From: Parcubacteria group bacterium Greene0416_36
Lineage (GTDB): Bacteria; Patescibacteriota; Patescibacteriia; VMEV01
DNA: 57,725 nt
NCBI GenBank assembly: GCA_007375725.1
Contig: VMEV01000005.1
Coordinates: 1-57,725 of the forward strand
Direction of reading: 5' to 3'
Below the pieces are notes generated by a model, which saw only the letters and a program-made list of their open reading frames with translations, was not told the DNA's origin and made no database searches. This document shows, in pieces, positions 1 through 7,374 of the stretch; the stretch's first letter is position 1, and each line of letters begins with the position of its first letter. A program made the position numbers and the translations under genes.

Positions 1-71
1 TCTCATCCCGTTCGCTATCGTTGAGGTGAGCGTGTTTTTTTTATCATCATATTTTCCACCTTAATCTTCCT

Positions 72-99
72 ATCGGTGCTTTTCAAACCTAACTTTCGG
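72..99 (+). promoter_or_regulatory. 28-nt leader motif (copy A)
   Basis: ATCGGTGCTTTTCAAACCTAACTTTCGG lies 63 nt upstream of the ATG at 163. Confidence 0.6.
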
Positions 100-162
100 G
101 AACATTAAAAAAACGTATTTTGATCCTGACTGCTGGAAGGTGGTTGGGAAGGAGAATGAAAA

Positions 163-336
163 ATGAGTATGGAAATAAAGTTCGAAAACGGATTTATTAT
201 TGAAAGAAAAATTGATCAAAAGGATTTTTTGGAAAAAGAGGGGTTGATGAACCCATATTTCAACCAACCACTTCCCTTTTGTGGTGTTGTTAAGCAGGAA
301 TGCTGGCTACAGGGGAGGGCATATGAGATCACCTAA
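163..336 (+). CDS. small hypothetical protein (57 aa)
   Basis: ATG at 163 is preceded by AAGGAG at 149-154. The ORF is below the 60-aa ORF-track cutoff. The listed opposite-strand ORF 70..267 looks like a shadow. No family recognised. Confidence 0.35.
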   Translation: MSMEIKFENGFIIERKIDQKDFLEKEGLMNPYFNQPLPFCGVVKQECWLQGRAYEIT

Positions 337-444
337 ATTTGTAGGCATCTTAAAAATTTTTTGCTGCTTTTTTTAAAAAAAGCAGATTCTTTGAATCAAT
401 CATGCTGTATGGTTGATTCAAAGTTCTATAAAAAGGAGAAAAAA

Positions 445-588
445 ATGAAGAAAAAAGAACCTCCAATGGAGGGATCGATTTTTGGGTTTTGGGGAAGTGT
501 GTTTCTGGTTTTTTGTGTAGGAGGACAATTTTTAGGACTGCTGATTGCAGTGGTTCTAAAAATTTTAGGCCTCCTTCCCCAAGGGTAA
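445..588 (+). CDS. small hydrophobic peptide (47 aa), hypothetical
   Basis: Internal ATG of ORF 361..588 is preceded by AAAAGGAG. The C-terminal half is one hydrophobic helix (FWGSVFLVFCVGGQFLGLLIAVVLKILGLL). Confidence 0.35.
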   Translation: MKKKEPPMEGSIFGFWGSVFLVFCVGGQFLGLLIAVVLKILGLLPQG

Positions 589-794
589 TGAACCCTGTTT
601 GTGTCCTGACATTTAAGACTAATTCACGTCAGGGCAAACTTTGAGGGCAATAGTGGAAATTATTGCATTCAAAGTTTGTGGAAGAGAAGTGATAGAACCA
701 AAAAGTGATCCTGGGTGTGGAATATATCGGGTCTTATGGGAGATTCGACATTGGGGATTACGGTTTGGGTTGAAAAATTGATTTAGAAAGTTTT

Positions 795-812
795 TTGTGA
801 TTTTTATCACAA
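795..812. promoter_or_regulatory. perfect palindrome overlapping a ribosome-binding site
   Basis: TTGTGAT-TTTT-ATCACAA directly abuts AAGGAG of the 825..1028 gene. Confidence 0.4.
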
Positions 813-824
813 GGAGAATTAAAA

Positions 825-1028
825 ATGAAGAAAATCTTGACGGTAAGGCTTCCCATGTCACTTTCACAGGATGAGCAAATGAAGATAGTTAGTCGGGACA
901 TAAAAAACCGACTGGATACTATTGCTAAAGAAATCGGAAGCGGAGAAGTAACCGTAAAAATTTTAAGCTCAGAACTTTCACGAGACAGAGAATTTCGTTT
1001 TGTGAAAGTAAAATTTTCTGTCGATTAA
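825..1028 (+). CDS. hypothetical protein
   Basis: ORF with AAGGAG 8 nt upstream and a hairpin terminator downstream. No family recognised. Confidence 0.5.
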   Translation: MKKILTVRLPMSLSQDEQMKIVSRDIKNRLDTIAKEIGSGEVTVKILSSELSRDREFRFVKVKFSVD

Positions 1029-1080
1029 AAAAAAGAGAATCTTGGATATCTAAAAATATATTCAAGATTCTTTTCGTTTT
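1028..1080. terminator. bidirectional terminator between convergent genes
   Basis: A-run, stem GAGAATCTTG / CAAGATTC, then a T-run. It lies between 825..1028 (+) and the HicB-like gene (-). Confidence 0.6.
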
Positions 1081-1097
1081 GGAGAATAAACCTCACA

Positions 1098-1304
1098 TTA
1101 TGCCAAGGCCATAGAATCCTCAAGTCTGATTGTCTCCAAATACAACTCCGCGGCTTCTTGGATATTTCGGAAAGCCTCTTCGAAGGTATCCCCCTCGGAT
1201 AGACAGCCTGGAAGACCCGGAATGGTGACGGTATACCCGCCCTCGCGGATTTGTTGGGGGAGATGGGCGTAGGGGTTGCGCATATAAAGTGAGGATTCTA
1301 TCAA
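1098..1304 (-). CDS. HicB-family antitoxin-like protein
   Basis: Motif YTVTIPGLPGCLSEGDTFEEAFRNIQEAAELYLE is typical of HicB/UPF0150. The start overlaps the stop of the upstream RelE-like gene. Confidence 0.6.
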   Translation of the reverse strand: MIESSLYMRNPYAHLPQQIREGGYTVTIPGLPGCLSEGDTFEEAFRNIQEAAELYLETIRLEDSMALA

Positions 1305-1570
1305 TAAGCCTTTGAACGATGTCTTACGTGTAGTAATTTGATCGTATGTGTTTCTTGGTCACGTATAAAAAGTATTCGATAATCTCCGACACGCAGACGA
1401 AAATCGGCTATATCATGATTGGTGAGTTTTTTGACTTGTATTCCATCGGGCCAAGGTTCGATTTTGAGGCCTCTGATTTTTGATGCAATTTTTTTCTTTT
1501 CTTTTTCTGGGATAGTGGAGAGATCCTTTTCCCATTTGTGGAGATTGAAGATTTGCAATTTATAGCTCAT
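1301..1570 (-). CDS. RelE/ParE-family toxin
   Basis: The C-terminal signature FRLRVGDYRILF...HTIKLLHVRHRSKAY matches this family. The ORF extends to 1591, but the ATG at 1570 overlaps the antitoxin stop in the usual coupled way. Confidence 0.7.
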   Translation of the reverse strand: MSYKLQIFNLHKWEKDLSTIPEKEKKKIASKIRGLKIEPWPDGIQVKKLTNHDIADFRLRVGDYRILFIRDQETHTIKLLHVRHRSKAY

Positions 1571-1841
1571 ATTTTTGAGCCCATTTTTCAAAATCTACAG
1601 GGTTGCCTTTCCCGAGGCGTGCCTCTCTGATAGTTTCTACTGTTTCAGGATCATTGAGTTCCCATAATTCTTCGCGGATTTGGGTGAGCAGGTCAGATTC
1701 TAAAAACATTTCTGTCATTTTTTTTGAGAAAATCATGCCTTCGATTTTATTGTTGGATAATAAAATTTGCATTGGTTTTTGGCCCATTGTTTTTTTTAGT
1801 TTTTTTTGAAGCTGGGTCGATGTGACAAAATTGAGAGTCAT
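1560..1841 (-). CDS. putative antitoxin of the RelE/ParE module
   Basis: A small acidic ORF lies directly upstream of the toxin and overlaps it. An operator-like palindrome lies in its promoter. Confidence 0.5.
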   Translation of the reverse strand: MTLNFVTSTQLQKKLKKTMGQKPMQILLSNNKIEGMIFSKKMTEMFLESDLLTQIREELWELNDPETVETIREARLGKGNPVDFEKWAQKYEL

Positions 1842-1864
1842 ATTTTTGTAGGATTATTACAGGA

Positions 1865-1893
1865 ATACTATCCGATTTTTATCGGATAGTCAA
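1865..1893 (-). promoter_or_regulatory. sigma70-like promoter with embedded operator palindrome of the toxin-antitoxin operon
   Basis: On the minus strand TTGACT (1888-1893), a 17-nt spacer and TAGTAT (1865-1870) are present. The perfect palindrome ACTATCCGAT-TTTT-ATCGGATAGT (1867-1890) fills the spacer. Confidence 0.5.
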
Positions 1894-1900
1894 ATAATCC

Positions 1901-1938
1901 AAAATAAAACCCTCCATAAATTGGGAGGGTTTTATTTG
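1901..1938 (-). terminator. rho-independent terminator after tRNA-Trp plus trailer
   Basis: Stem AAACCCTCC / GGAGGGTTT is followed by a T-run on the minus strand. Confidence 0.65.
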
Positions 1939-1940
1939 TT

Positions 1941-2029
1941 GCGGGCTTTGCCACGCCGTAGCCTTGACGAAAGGAGGTGGGCGAAGCCCGCCTACGTCCG
2001 CTAAAAGGCGGACTTCGGCGAGGCGAAGG
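1941..2029 (-). repeat. conserved structured tRNA 3' trailer element (copy 1)
   Basis: About 80 percent identical by eye to 3731..3815. It lies immediately 3' of tRNA-Trp. Confidence 0.8.
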
Positions 2030-2100
2030 CGGGCGCGGTAGGAATTGAACCCACAGTCGCGGTTTTGGAGACCGCTGGTTTACCGTTAACCGACGCGCCC
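2030..2100 (-). tRNA. trnW: tRNA-Trp (CCA anticodon)
   Basis: Manual cloverleaf: acceptor GGGCGCG/CGCGCCC, anticodon stem GCGGT/ACCGC, loop CTCCAAA, T-arm GTGGG-TTCAATT-CCTAC. No encoded CCA. Confidence 0.85.
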
Positions 2101-2293
2101 AAACAAAAATGACCGTTTTTATTGTAATTGAGATCAGTCTAAAAATCAAACCTTTAAATGTGTTGTTTTTGCCAAACAAAAAACATCGGTTGAACCTGAT
2201 GTTTTTTGTTTGGCTGTTCATTCTTCTGCCGTCGTCTTAAAACAGGCTATGGCGTGATAAATAATTCTTCATTCTTAATTTTTCATTCTTCAT

Positions 2294-3337
2294 TTATTTC
2301 AGCACATCCTTATACTCCACCTCATAAATCGAAATGAAAGTCAGGAACACTGCGAGGATGAGGGGGCCGAAGAGGAATCCCAATGGGCCGAAGTAGGCGA
2401 TGCCGCCGAGGATGCTCATGAAGATCAGAAGCGGGTGGATCTTGGTTTTGCCTTCGATGATGAAGGGGCGGATGATATTGTCGACGAGCGAGATGCAGAA
2501 CATGCCATAGAGGAGGATGAAAATACCGTGCCAGAATTTTCCCATGGCCAGGAGGATAATGCCCGTGGGGAGCCAGACCAAGGTCGCTCCGAGCATGGGG
2601 ATGAGGCCCGCGAAGGCGGTGAGGAAGGCGAGGAAAAAGGCCGGCACTCCCGCGATCCAGAATCCAATGAAGCTCACGATTCCCTGCGCCGCAGCGACCG
2701 CGAGAGTGGAGAGAAGGGTGGAGAGGCTCATTTGGCGGAACTTGTCGAAAAGCAGGTGATCATAGCGGTCTGGTAAAGGCGAGAGGTATTTGAGTTTTTC
2801 GAGGATCTTCTTGCCGTCTTTGAAGAGATAGTAGAGGGTGATGAGGAAGAAGATCACACTGAAAGCTACGGTCGCTCCGGCGCTGAGGAGCTCTCGGGTC
2901 GCGCTCACGATATGGGTATTGACGGTGGCGGCCGCGGTGATCAGTAATTCTCGCATTTTGGCGGGATTGAGGTATTGGGCTATCGGATTGTCGGCAGATA
3001 AAAATTTCTCGGCCCATGCGCTGGTTTGCCAGCTTGTGGGGAAGGAATATCGGAGCTGTTGGTAAGCGTCGATGGACTTATCCGTGAGCATGTAGGCGAA
3101 CTGAAAAGAGGGGAGAATCACGACAAGCAGAAGGAGTCCGCACATAGCCAGAGACGCCCATGTTTTTCGTCCACCAAGCCTTTCCAAAATCATGTCATAG
3201 AGAGGATAGGTGATGGCGGCGATGGCCGAGGCCAGAAAAAGTATGCCGACGAAGGGCCGGAATAATTGAAATATAAGATAGGCGATTCCCAAAAGACACG
3301 CGATTAGGAAATAGCCGGAGAGATTGTTGATTTTCAT
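2294..3337 (-). CDS. AI-2E family transporter (PerM-like membrane protein)
   Basis: A 347-aa multi-TM protein whose layout and C-terminal conserved region resemble UPF0118/AI-2E. Confidence 0.65.
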   Translation of the reverse strand: MKINNLSGYFLIACLLGIAYLIFQLFRPFVGILFLASAIAAITYPLYDMILERLGGRKTWASLAMCGLLLLVVILPSFQFAYMLTDKSIDAYQQLRYSFPTSWQTSAWAEKFLSADNPIAQYLNPAKMRELLITAAATVNTHIVSATRELLSAGATVAFSVIFFLITLYYLFKDGKKILEKLKYLSPLPDRYDHLLFDKFRQMSLSTLLSTLAVAAAQGIVSFIGFWIAGVPAFFLAFLTAFAGLIPMLGATLVWLPTGIILLAMGKFWHGIFILLYGMFCISLVDNIIRPFIIEGKTKIHPLLIFMSILGGIAYFGPLGFLFGPLILAVFLTFISIYEVEYKDVLK

Positions 3338-3406
3338 ATAATTTATGAGTATATTTTATGGTGCGACTATACCATATATATGTAGTTTTTGCACGGATTT
3401 ATGATC

Positions 3407-3446
3407 AAAAAGGCAGAGATGTAGCATGCTACATCTCTGCCTTTTT
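3407..3446 (-). terminator. rho-independent terminator downstream of rpmG (bidirectional shape)
   Basis: A 14-bp perfect stem GGCAGAGATGTAGC / GCTACATCTCTGCC is flanked by A- and T-runs. Confidence 0.8.
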
Positions 3447-3465
3447 GATTATTGCTGAGAAGACG

Positions 3466-3621
3466 TTACTTGATTTCTTTGTGGGCTTGGTGGCCAGCGC
3501 AAAATTTGCAGAACTTGGACATTTCAAGTTTATTCTTGAGTTTGCGACGATTTTTTCGAGTATAGTGAGTCACCTGTTTGCATTCAGTACACTCCAGTTT
3601 TGTAAGGTTATCTTGAGACAT
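3466..3621 (-). CDS. rpmG: 50S ribosomal protein L33
   Basis: The 51-aa translation is [51 protein letters not shown]. It has the CxxC...CxxC pattern and the HKE-K end typical of L33. It is absent from the ORF track because it is shorter than 60 aa. Confidence 0.85.
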   Translation of the reverse strand: MSQDNLTKLECTECKQVTHYTRKNRRKLKNKLEMSKFCKFCAGHQAHKEIK

Positions 3622-3688
3622 AAGAATCAATTACGAATTACAAATGACGAATTACGAATATTTAAAGATTCGATTATTCGCGATTACT
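3622..3688. repeat. heptamer-arm hairpin (GAATTAC-type arms), degenerate
   Basis: Left arm AATTACGAATTACAAATGACGAATTACGAATA, right arm ATTCGATTATTCGCGATTAC. It lies in the rpmG leader. Confidence 0.6.
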
Positions 3689-3730
3689 AGAAATTTATAG
3701 CAAAAAAAAGATATTTAATCAAGTATTGTT

Positions 3731-3815
3731 GCGGACTGTGTCACGCCGTAGCTACGACGAAGATAGGAGGGCGAAGCCCGCCTACGCGCTAAGGCGCGCT
3801 TCGGCGTGGCGAAGG
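3731..3815 (-). repeat. conserved structured tRNA 3' trailer element (copy 2)
   Basis: Aligns with 1941..2029. The internal hairpin shows compensatory changes. Confidence 0.8.
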
Positions 3816-3889
3816 CGGACCGAACGGGGCTCGAACCCGCAACCCCCGCCGTGACAGGGCGGTGCTCTAACCAGTTGAGCTACCGGTCC
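3816..3889 (-). tRNA. trnD: tRNA-Asp (GTC)
   Basis: Manual cloverleaf: acceptor GGACCGG, anticodon stem CCGCC/GGCGG, loop CTGTCAC, T-loop TTCGAGC. No encoded CCA. Confidence 0.85.
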
Positions 3890-3993
3890 AAAAACAGGAA
3901 AAGATTAACATGAAGTTTTATTTTTTGCAAAATCGGTTTCGGCAGATGTTTTTTGACTTCAAATGTTTGTTTGTGATATTTTACAGACATTCC

Positions 3994-4065
3994 GCCAACA
4001 TAGCTCAGCGGTAGAGCAGTAGTTTTGTAAACTATTGGTCGTGGGTTCAAATCCTACTGTTGGCT
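3994..4065 (+). tRNA. trnT: tRNA-Thr (TGT)
   Basis: Manual cloverleaf: acceptor GCCAACA/TGTTGGC, anticodon loop TTTGTAA, T-arm GTGGG-TTCAAAT-CCTAC. Confidence 0.85.
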
Positions 4066-4147
4066 CCCCGCTTCGCTGCCATCGCTTACGCTCATAGGCG
4101 AGCTTCGCGGGGCAGGCCTCACATCTCGTAGAAAATTGTTTTTTACA

Positions 4148-4156
4148 TGTGGATAA
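4148..4156. promoter_or_regulatory. perfect DnaA-box 9-mer (TGTGGATAA)
   Basis: Exact match to the reverse complement of TTATCCACA. It is isolated, so its function is uncertain. Confidence 0.2.
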
Positions 4157-4408
4157 ATACAACATTCAGCAGCAAAATCAATGCATTGTGTTTTGTAAAA
4201 GTCATCTGATATAATGCTGGGCAAAGAACTGGCTTGGGAGGGGGTTCTTTTTTATCCTGCGAAGCTCGCCTTAGAGCGAAGCAGGATGAAAGCAAGGGGA
4301 GTGCCTTTATTACTTAGAGGGCTCCTTTTATTTTTGGCTGAAATGACGTACTCTGGGGACAACTTTCAAGAGTTTTGATAATCTATCAGATTAGCTGGTG
4401 GTGGGATG

Positions 4409-4479
4409 TTGTCATCCTGAGCCTGTCGAAGGATCTCTCGGCAAGGCATGAGATGGTTCGACAGGCTCACCATGACAGC
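4409..4479. repeat. TGTCAT...ATGACA compound palindrome, CCTGAGCCTGTCGAAGG type (copy 1)
   Basis: GTCATCCTGAGCCTGTCGAAGG ... GGTTCGACAGGCTCACCATGAC. It ends 16 nt before the metG ATG. Confidence 0.8.
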
Positions 4480-4494
4480 ACTACTTCCTAACCT

Positions 4495-6000
4495 ATGAAA
4501 TTCTACATCACCACTCCCATCTACTACGTCAATGACAAACCCCATATCGGCCACGCGTACACCACGGTGACTGCGGATGTGATCGCGCGTTATCATCGGA
4601 CCCTCGGAGACGAGGTTAAATTGCTCACGGGAACGGATGAGCATGGAGCCAAGATAATGGAGGCCGCGACGAAGAACGGCAAGAGTCCCAAGGAATTTTG
4701 CGATGAGCAGACTGTGAAATTTCAGAAAGCTTGGGAGGCTCTGGGGATTCAATATGACCACTGGATGAGAACGACTTATGACTATCACGAACGCCGTGCC
4801 GGGATTTTTCTTCAGAAATTATTTGATAAGGGGCTTATTTATAAAGGAATTTATAAGGGGCTTTATTGCGTGGGATGCGAGTCTTACAAAACGGAGACAG
4901 ATTTGGTTGGCGGTTTGTGTCTGGATCACAAAAAAGCGCCGGTGATTCTGGAAGAAGAAAATTATTTTTTTAAATTGTCGGCATTCAATGGTCAACTGCA
5001 AGAGCTGATTGAAAAAGGAGAACTCATTATCGCTCCGGAGAGCCGCCGGCTGGAAATGTTGGGGCTTCTCAAGCAGGGGCTCAATGATATCGCGATTTCT
5101 CGAAAAAATGTGTCCTGGGGCATTCCTCTCCCTTGGGACCCCGAGCAAACGGCGTATGTCTGGATCGAAGCGCTCATGAATTACGCTACGGCCGTGGGGC
5201 TCTTTGAAGACCCGTCCAGTTTTGCGAAATGGTGGCCTGCTGACGTGCATTTGATGGCCAAGGATATCGTGAAATTCCACGCCCTGATTTGGCCCGCCAT
5301 GCTTTTGGGGGCCGGATTGCCTCTGCCTCGGATGGTTTACGCGCATGGATTTTTTACGGTGGACGGATCGAAAATGAGCAAGACCCTTGGCAATACGATA
5401 GATCCTTTGGAATTGGCGGCGGAATATGGAGCGGATTCCATGCGCTATCTGCTTCTGTCTGATTTTGCCTTTGGCGAAGACGGCGATATTTCGCATTCGC
5501 GATTTGCCACGCGTTACAAGGCGGATCTCGCCGACGGCATCGGCAATCTGGCCTCGCGTGTGGCGGCGCTCTCTGGGAAACTGGGGGAGTGGGAGATTCA
5601 TTATCCGTCTTATTCCGATTTTCCCATCCGTGTGTCCGGACTCTGGTCGCTCTATCATCAGAAGATGAAGAAATTTGCCTTTCATGAAGTACTCTCGGAT
5701 ATTCGAGCCTTTGTTACCCAATGCGATCAGTATGTAGAAGAGACCAAGCCTTGGGAATTAGCCAAGACGAATCCGGATCAATTGAAAGAGGTTTTGTCGA
5801 ATCTTCTTGAATCTTTGCGGCACATCTCTTTGGCCTTGGCGCCATTCATGCCCGTGATATCGGAAAAATTATTAGTTCAGTTGGGAGGAAAGGACCTCTC
5901 CCGATCCGAGAAGTGGGGAAGTCTCTCAGGAAAGATTCAAATGGCCAAACTGGAGCCTTTATTTCCACGAAAAGAGCTGTCCCTTCCCAAGACAAATTAA
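4495..6000 (+). CDS. metG: methionine--tRNA ligase
   Basis: HIGH motif (KPHIGHAYT), KMSKT motif and class I synthetase layout. Confidence 0.9.
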   Translation: MKFYITTPIYYVNDKPHIGHAYTTVTADVIARYHRTLGDEVKLLTGTDEHGAKIMEAATKNGKSPKEFCDEQTVKFQKAWEALGIQYDHWMRTTYDYHERRAGIFLQKLFDKGLIYKGIYKGLYCVGCESYKTETDLVGGLCLDHKKAPVILEEENYFFKLSAFNGQLQELIEKGELIIAPESRRLEMLGLLKQGLNDIAISRKNVSWGIPLPWDPEQTAYVWIEALMNYATAVGLFEDPSSFAKWWPADVHLMAKDIVKFHALIWPAMLLGAGLPLPRMVYAHGFFTVDGSKMSKTLGNTIDPLELAAEYGADSMRYLLLSDFAFGEDGDISHSRFATRYKADLADGIGNLASRVAALSGKLGEWEIHYPSYSDFPIRVSGLWSLYHQKMKKFAFHEVLSDIRAFVTQCDQYVEETKPWELAKTNPDQLKEVLSNLLESLRHISLALAPFMPVISEKLLVQLGGKDLSRSEKWGSLSGKIQMAKLEPLFPRKELSLPKTN

Positions 6001-6034
6001 AAATCCTCATCTGTTACATTAGTGATGAGGATTT
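6001..6034 (+). terminator. hairpin downstream of metG
   Basis: Stem AAATCCTCATC / GATGAGGATTT. The T-run is weak. Confidence 0.4.
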
Positions 6035-6102
6035 AGAGACGGGACGGGAGGGACCCCATCCCTTTAATATGGACACCTTTTGTCTATCAAAAGCAGATAA
6101 TA

Positions 6103-6318
6103 ATGTCAATTATGGAAGAAATCAAAAAAAGTAATAAATCCAAGAAACCGAAGTTGTATATCTGCCCGCCTTGCGGTTTTATTTATGATTCGCGATTGGG
6201 CGATCCCGATGGCGGGATTCTTCCCGGCACGCCTTTTCATATGATTCCGGACGACTGGGTCTGTCCGGTCTGTGGAGCGGCTAAGAGCCTGTTTGTGCCA
6301 TATGAAGGGGAGAGTTAG
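6103..6318 (+). CDS. rubredoxin
   Basis: CPPCGFIYD ... [12 protein letters not shown], the double CxxC rubredoxin signature. Confidence 0.85.
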   Translation: MSIMEEIKKSNKSKKPKLYICPPCGFIYDSRLGDPDGGILPGTPFHMIPDDWVCPVCGAAKSLFVPYEGES

Positions 6319-6323
6319 GTTTT

Positions 6324-6538
6324 TAGGTAGTAGCTTCATTAGCTTCGTCAGGTAACAAAATAAGATATGGAGAAAAAAATTATTGTATCGTATAAGGATT
6401 TGGTTGTTTGGCAAAAGGGCATGGATGTAGATGCTTTATTGCTTGAAGTGATGAAAATGTTAAATAAGATGTTATCTTCTTTGTCTGAGCATGCTAACTA
6501 ATGAAGCTAATGTAGCTAACGAAGCTAATGACCTAACC
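6324..6538. repeat. heptamer-arm hairpin (TAGCTTC-type arms) enclosing a gene remnant
   Basis: Left arm 6324-6356 and right arm 6493-6538 are inverted runs of TAGCTTC-like units. Confidence 0.75.
6367..6501 (+). pseudogene. internally deleted four-helix-bundle (23S rRNA IVS protein family) gene remnant
   Basis: The 44-aa ORF is MEKKIIVSYKDLVVWQKGMDV...EVMKMLNKMLSSL. It keeps only the N-terminal YKDLxVWQK and C-terminal KMLxxLxxSL ends that I associate with this ~120-aa family. Confidence 0.55.
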
Positions 6539-7249
6539 ATGGATTACGTTTCATCTCTCATTTCCCGCCGCGAGATTGCGGCTAATACTTACGAAATTCG
6601 GTTCACGAAACCTGATGGGTTTTCGTATCGGGCGGGGCAGTTTGTGAATTTTGGCATTGAGAAGGCTCCGTATTCGGATCCCAAAGGAATGCGGCGGTCA
6701 ATGTCGCTTTGTTCAGCTCCCAGTGAAGAAGACTTGAGAATTGCGTGGAGGGGGAGTCCTAGTGCCTTCAAGCGATCGCTCTTGGAGATTTCTATCGGTA
6801 ATACCTTCAGTATTCGCGGGCCTTTTGGGCATGTTGGACTGCCGGGAGAAGGTTCCGCGATTCCGCTGGTATTTTTGTCAGGCGGGATTGGCATTGCCAC
6901 GTTCCGGTCACTTTTGCGGGACAACCAATCCAAGGGCTTCCCTCATGGAATCACTCTCTTTGATGCCAACCGCACTGAATCGGAGATTGCGTGGAAAGAC
7001 GAGCTGCCCGGGTGGGTGGGGGAGAAGGGTCGTGTCATTTTCACCTTGACGCGCGAAGACTCGCCCTCTTGGACTGGAGAGCGCGGCAGAATCGACGAGT
7101 CTATGATCCAGCGATATGTTCCGGATTTAGGCACTCCTCGTTTTTATATTATCGGCGTGACGAATATGGTAAAATCATTGGAAGCTCTACTCTTGTCGAT
7201 GGGCGTTTCGCCGGAGAAAATTGTGGTGGAGAAATTTGGAGATTCTTAG
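6539..7249 (+). CDS. FNR-like FAD/NAD(P)-binding oxidoreductase
   Basis: RAGQFVNF, IRGPFG and FLSGGIGIATF motifs match the ferredoxin-reductase-type fold. The ORF extends to 6491, but that part is repeat-derived. Confidence 0.6.
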   Translation: MDYVSSLISRREIAANTYEIRFTKPDGFSYRAGQFVNFGIEKAPYSDPKGMRRSMSLCSAPSEEDLRIAWRGSPSAFKRSLLEISIGNTFSIRGPFGHVGLPGEGSAIPLVFLSGGIGIATFRSLLRDNQSKGFPHGITLFDANRTESEIAWKDELPGWVGEKGRVIFTLTREDSPSWTGERGRIDESMIQRYVPDLGTPRFYIIGVTNMVKSLEALLLSMGVSPEKIVVEKFGDS

Positions 7250-7254
7250 CCCTT

Positions 7255-7360
7255 TCATTGCGAGGACCGCGTCTTAGCGGGACGTGGCAATCTCATGGCA
7301 GAAACCTTTTCGACACGAGATTGCTTCGCCCCTGCTAAAGCGCAGGTTCTCGCAATGACA
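7255..7360. repeat. TGTCAT...ATGACA compound palindrome, CATTGCGAG type (copy 1)
   Basis: Two inverted ~40-nt units, CATTGCGAGGACCGCGTCTTAGCGGGACGTGGCAATCTC and its partner. It ends 14 nt before the SOD ATG. Confidence 0.8.
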
Positions 7361-7374
7361 TTTAATTTACACAT

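Noticed and set aside
1868-2221. A 117-aa minus-strand ORF
   Set aside because: It runs through tRNA-Trp and the conserved trailer. Its translation (…RPPSPRRSPPFSGRRRASP…) is repeat-derived.
2425-3265. Multiple ORFs on both strands inside 2294..3337
   Set aside because: They overlap the AI-2E transporter gene, which has a coherent multi-TM translation. The alternative frames give charged, low-complexity sequence.
3358-3690. A 110-aa plus-strand ORF
   Set aside because: It covers a strong terminator hairpin and the opposite strand of rpmG. The L33 reading on the minus strand explains the region.
4330-4494. A possible T-box leader upstream of metG (GCTGGTGGTGGGATG loosely resembles the T-box core)
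   Set aside because: I found no specifier-loop, AG-bulge or GNUGGNA elements. The region is better explained by the TGTCAT...ATGACA palindrome family, which recurs upstream of lepA.
4819-5721. A 300-aa minus-strand ORF
   Set aside because: It is antisense to metG, which carries clear HIGH and KMSKT motifs. Its translation is Arg-rich with no recognisable motif.
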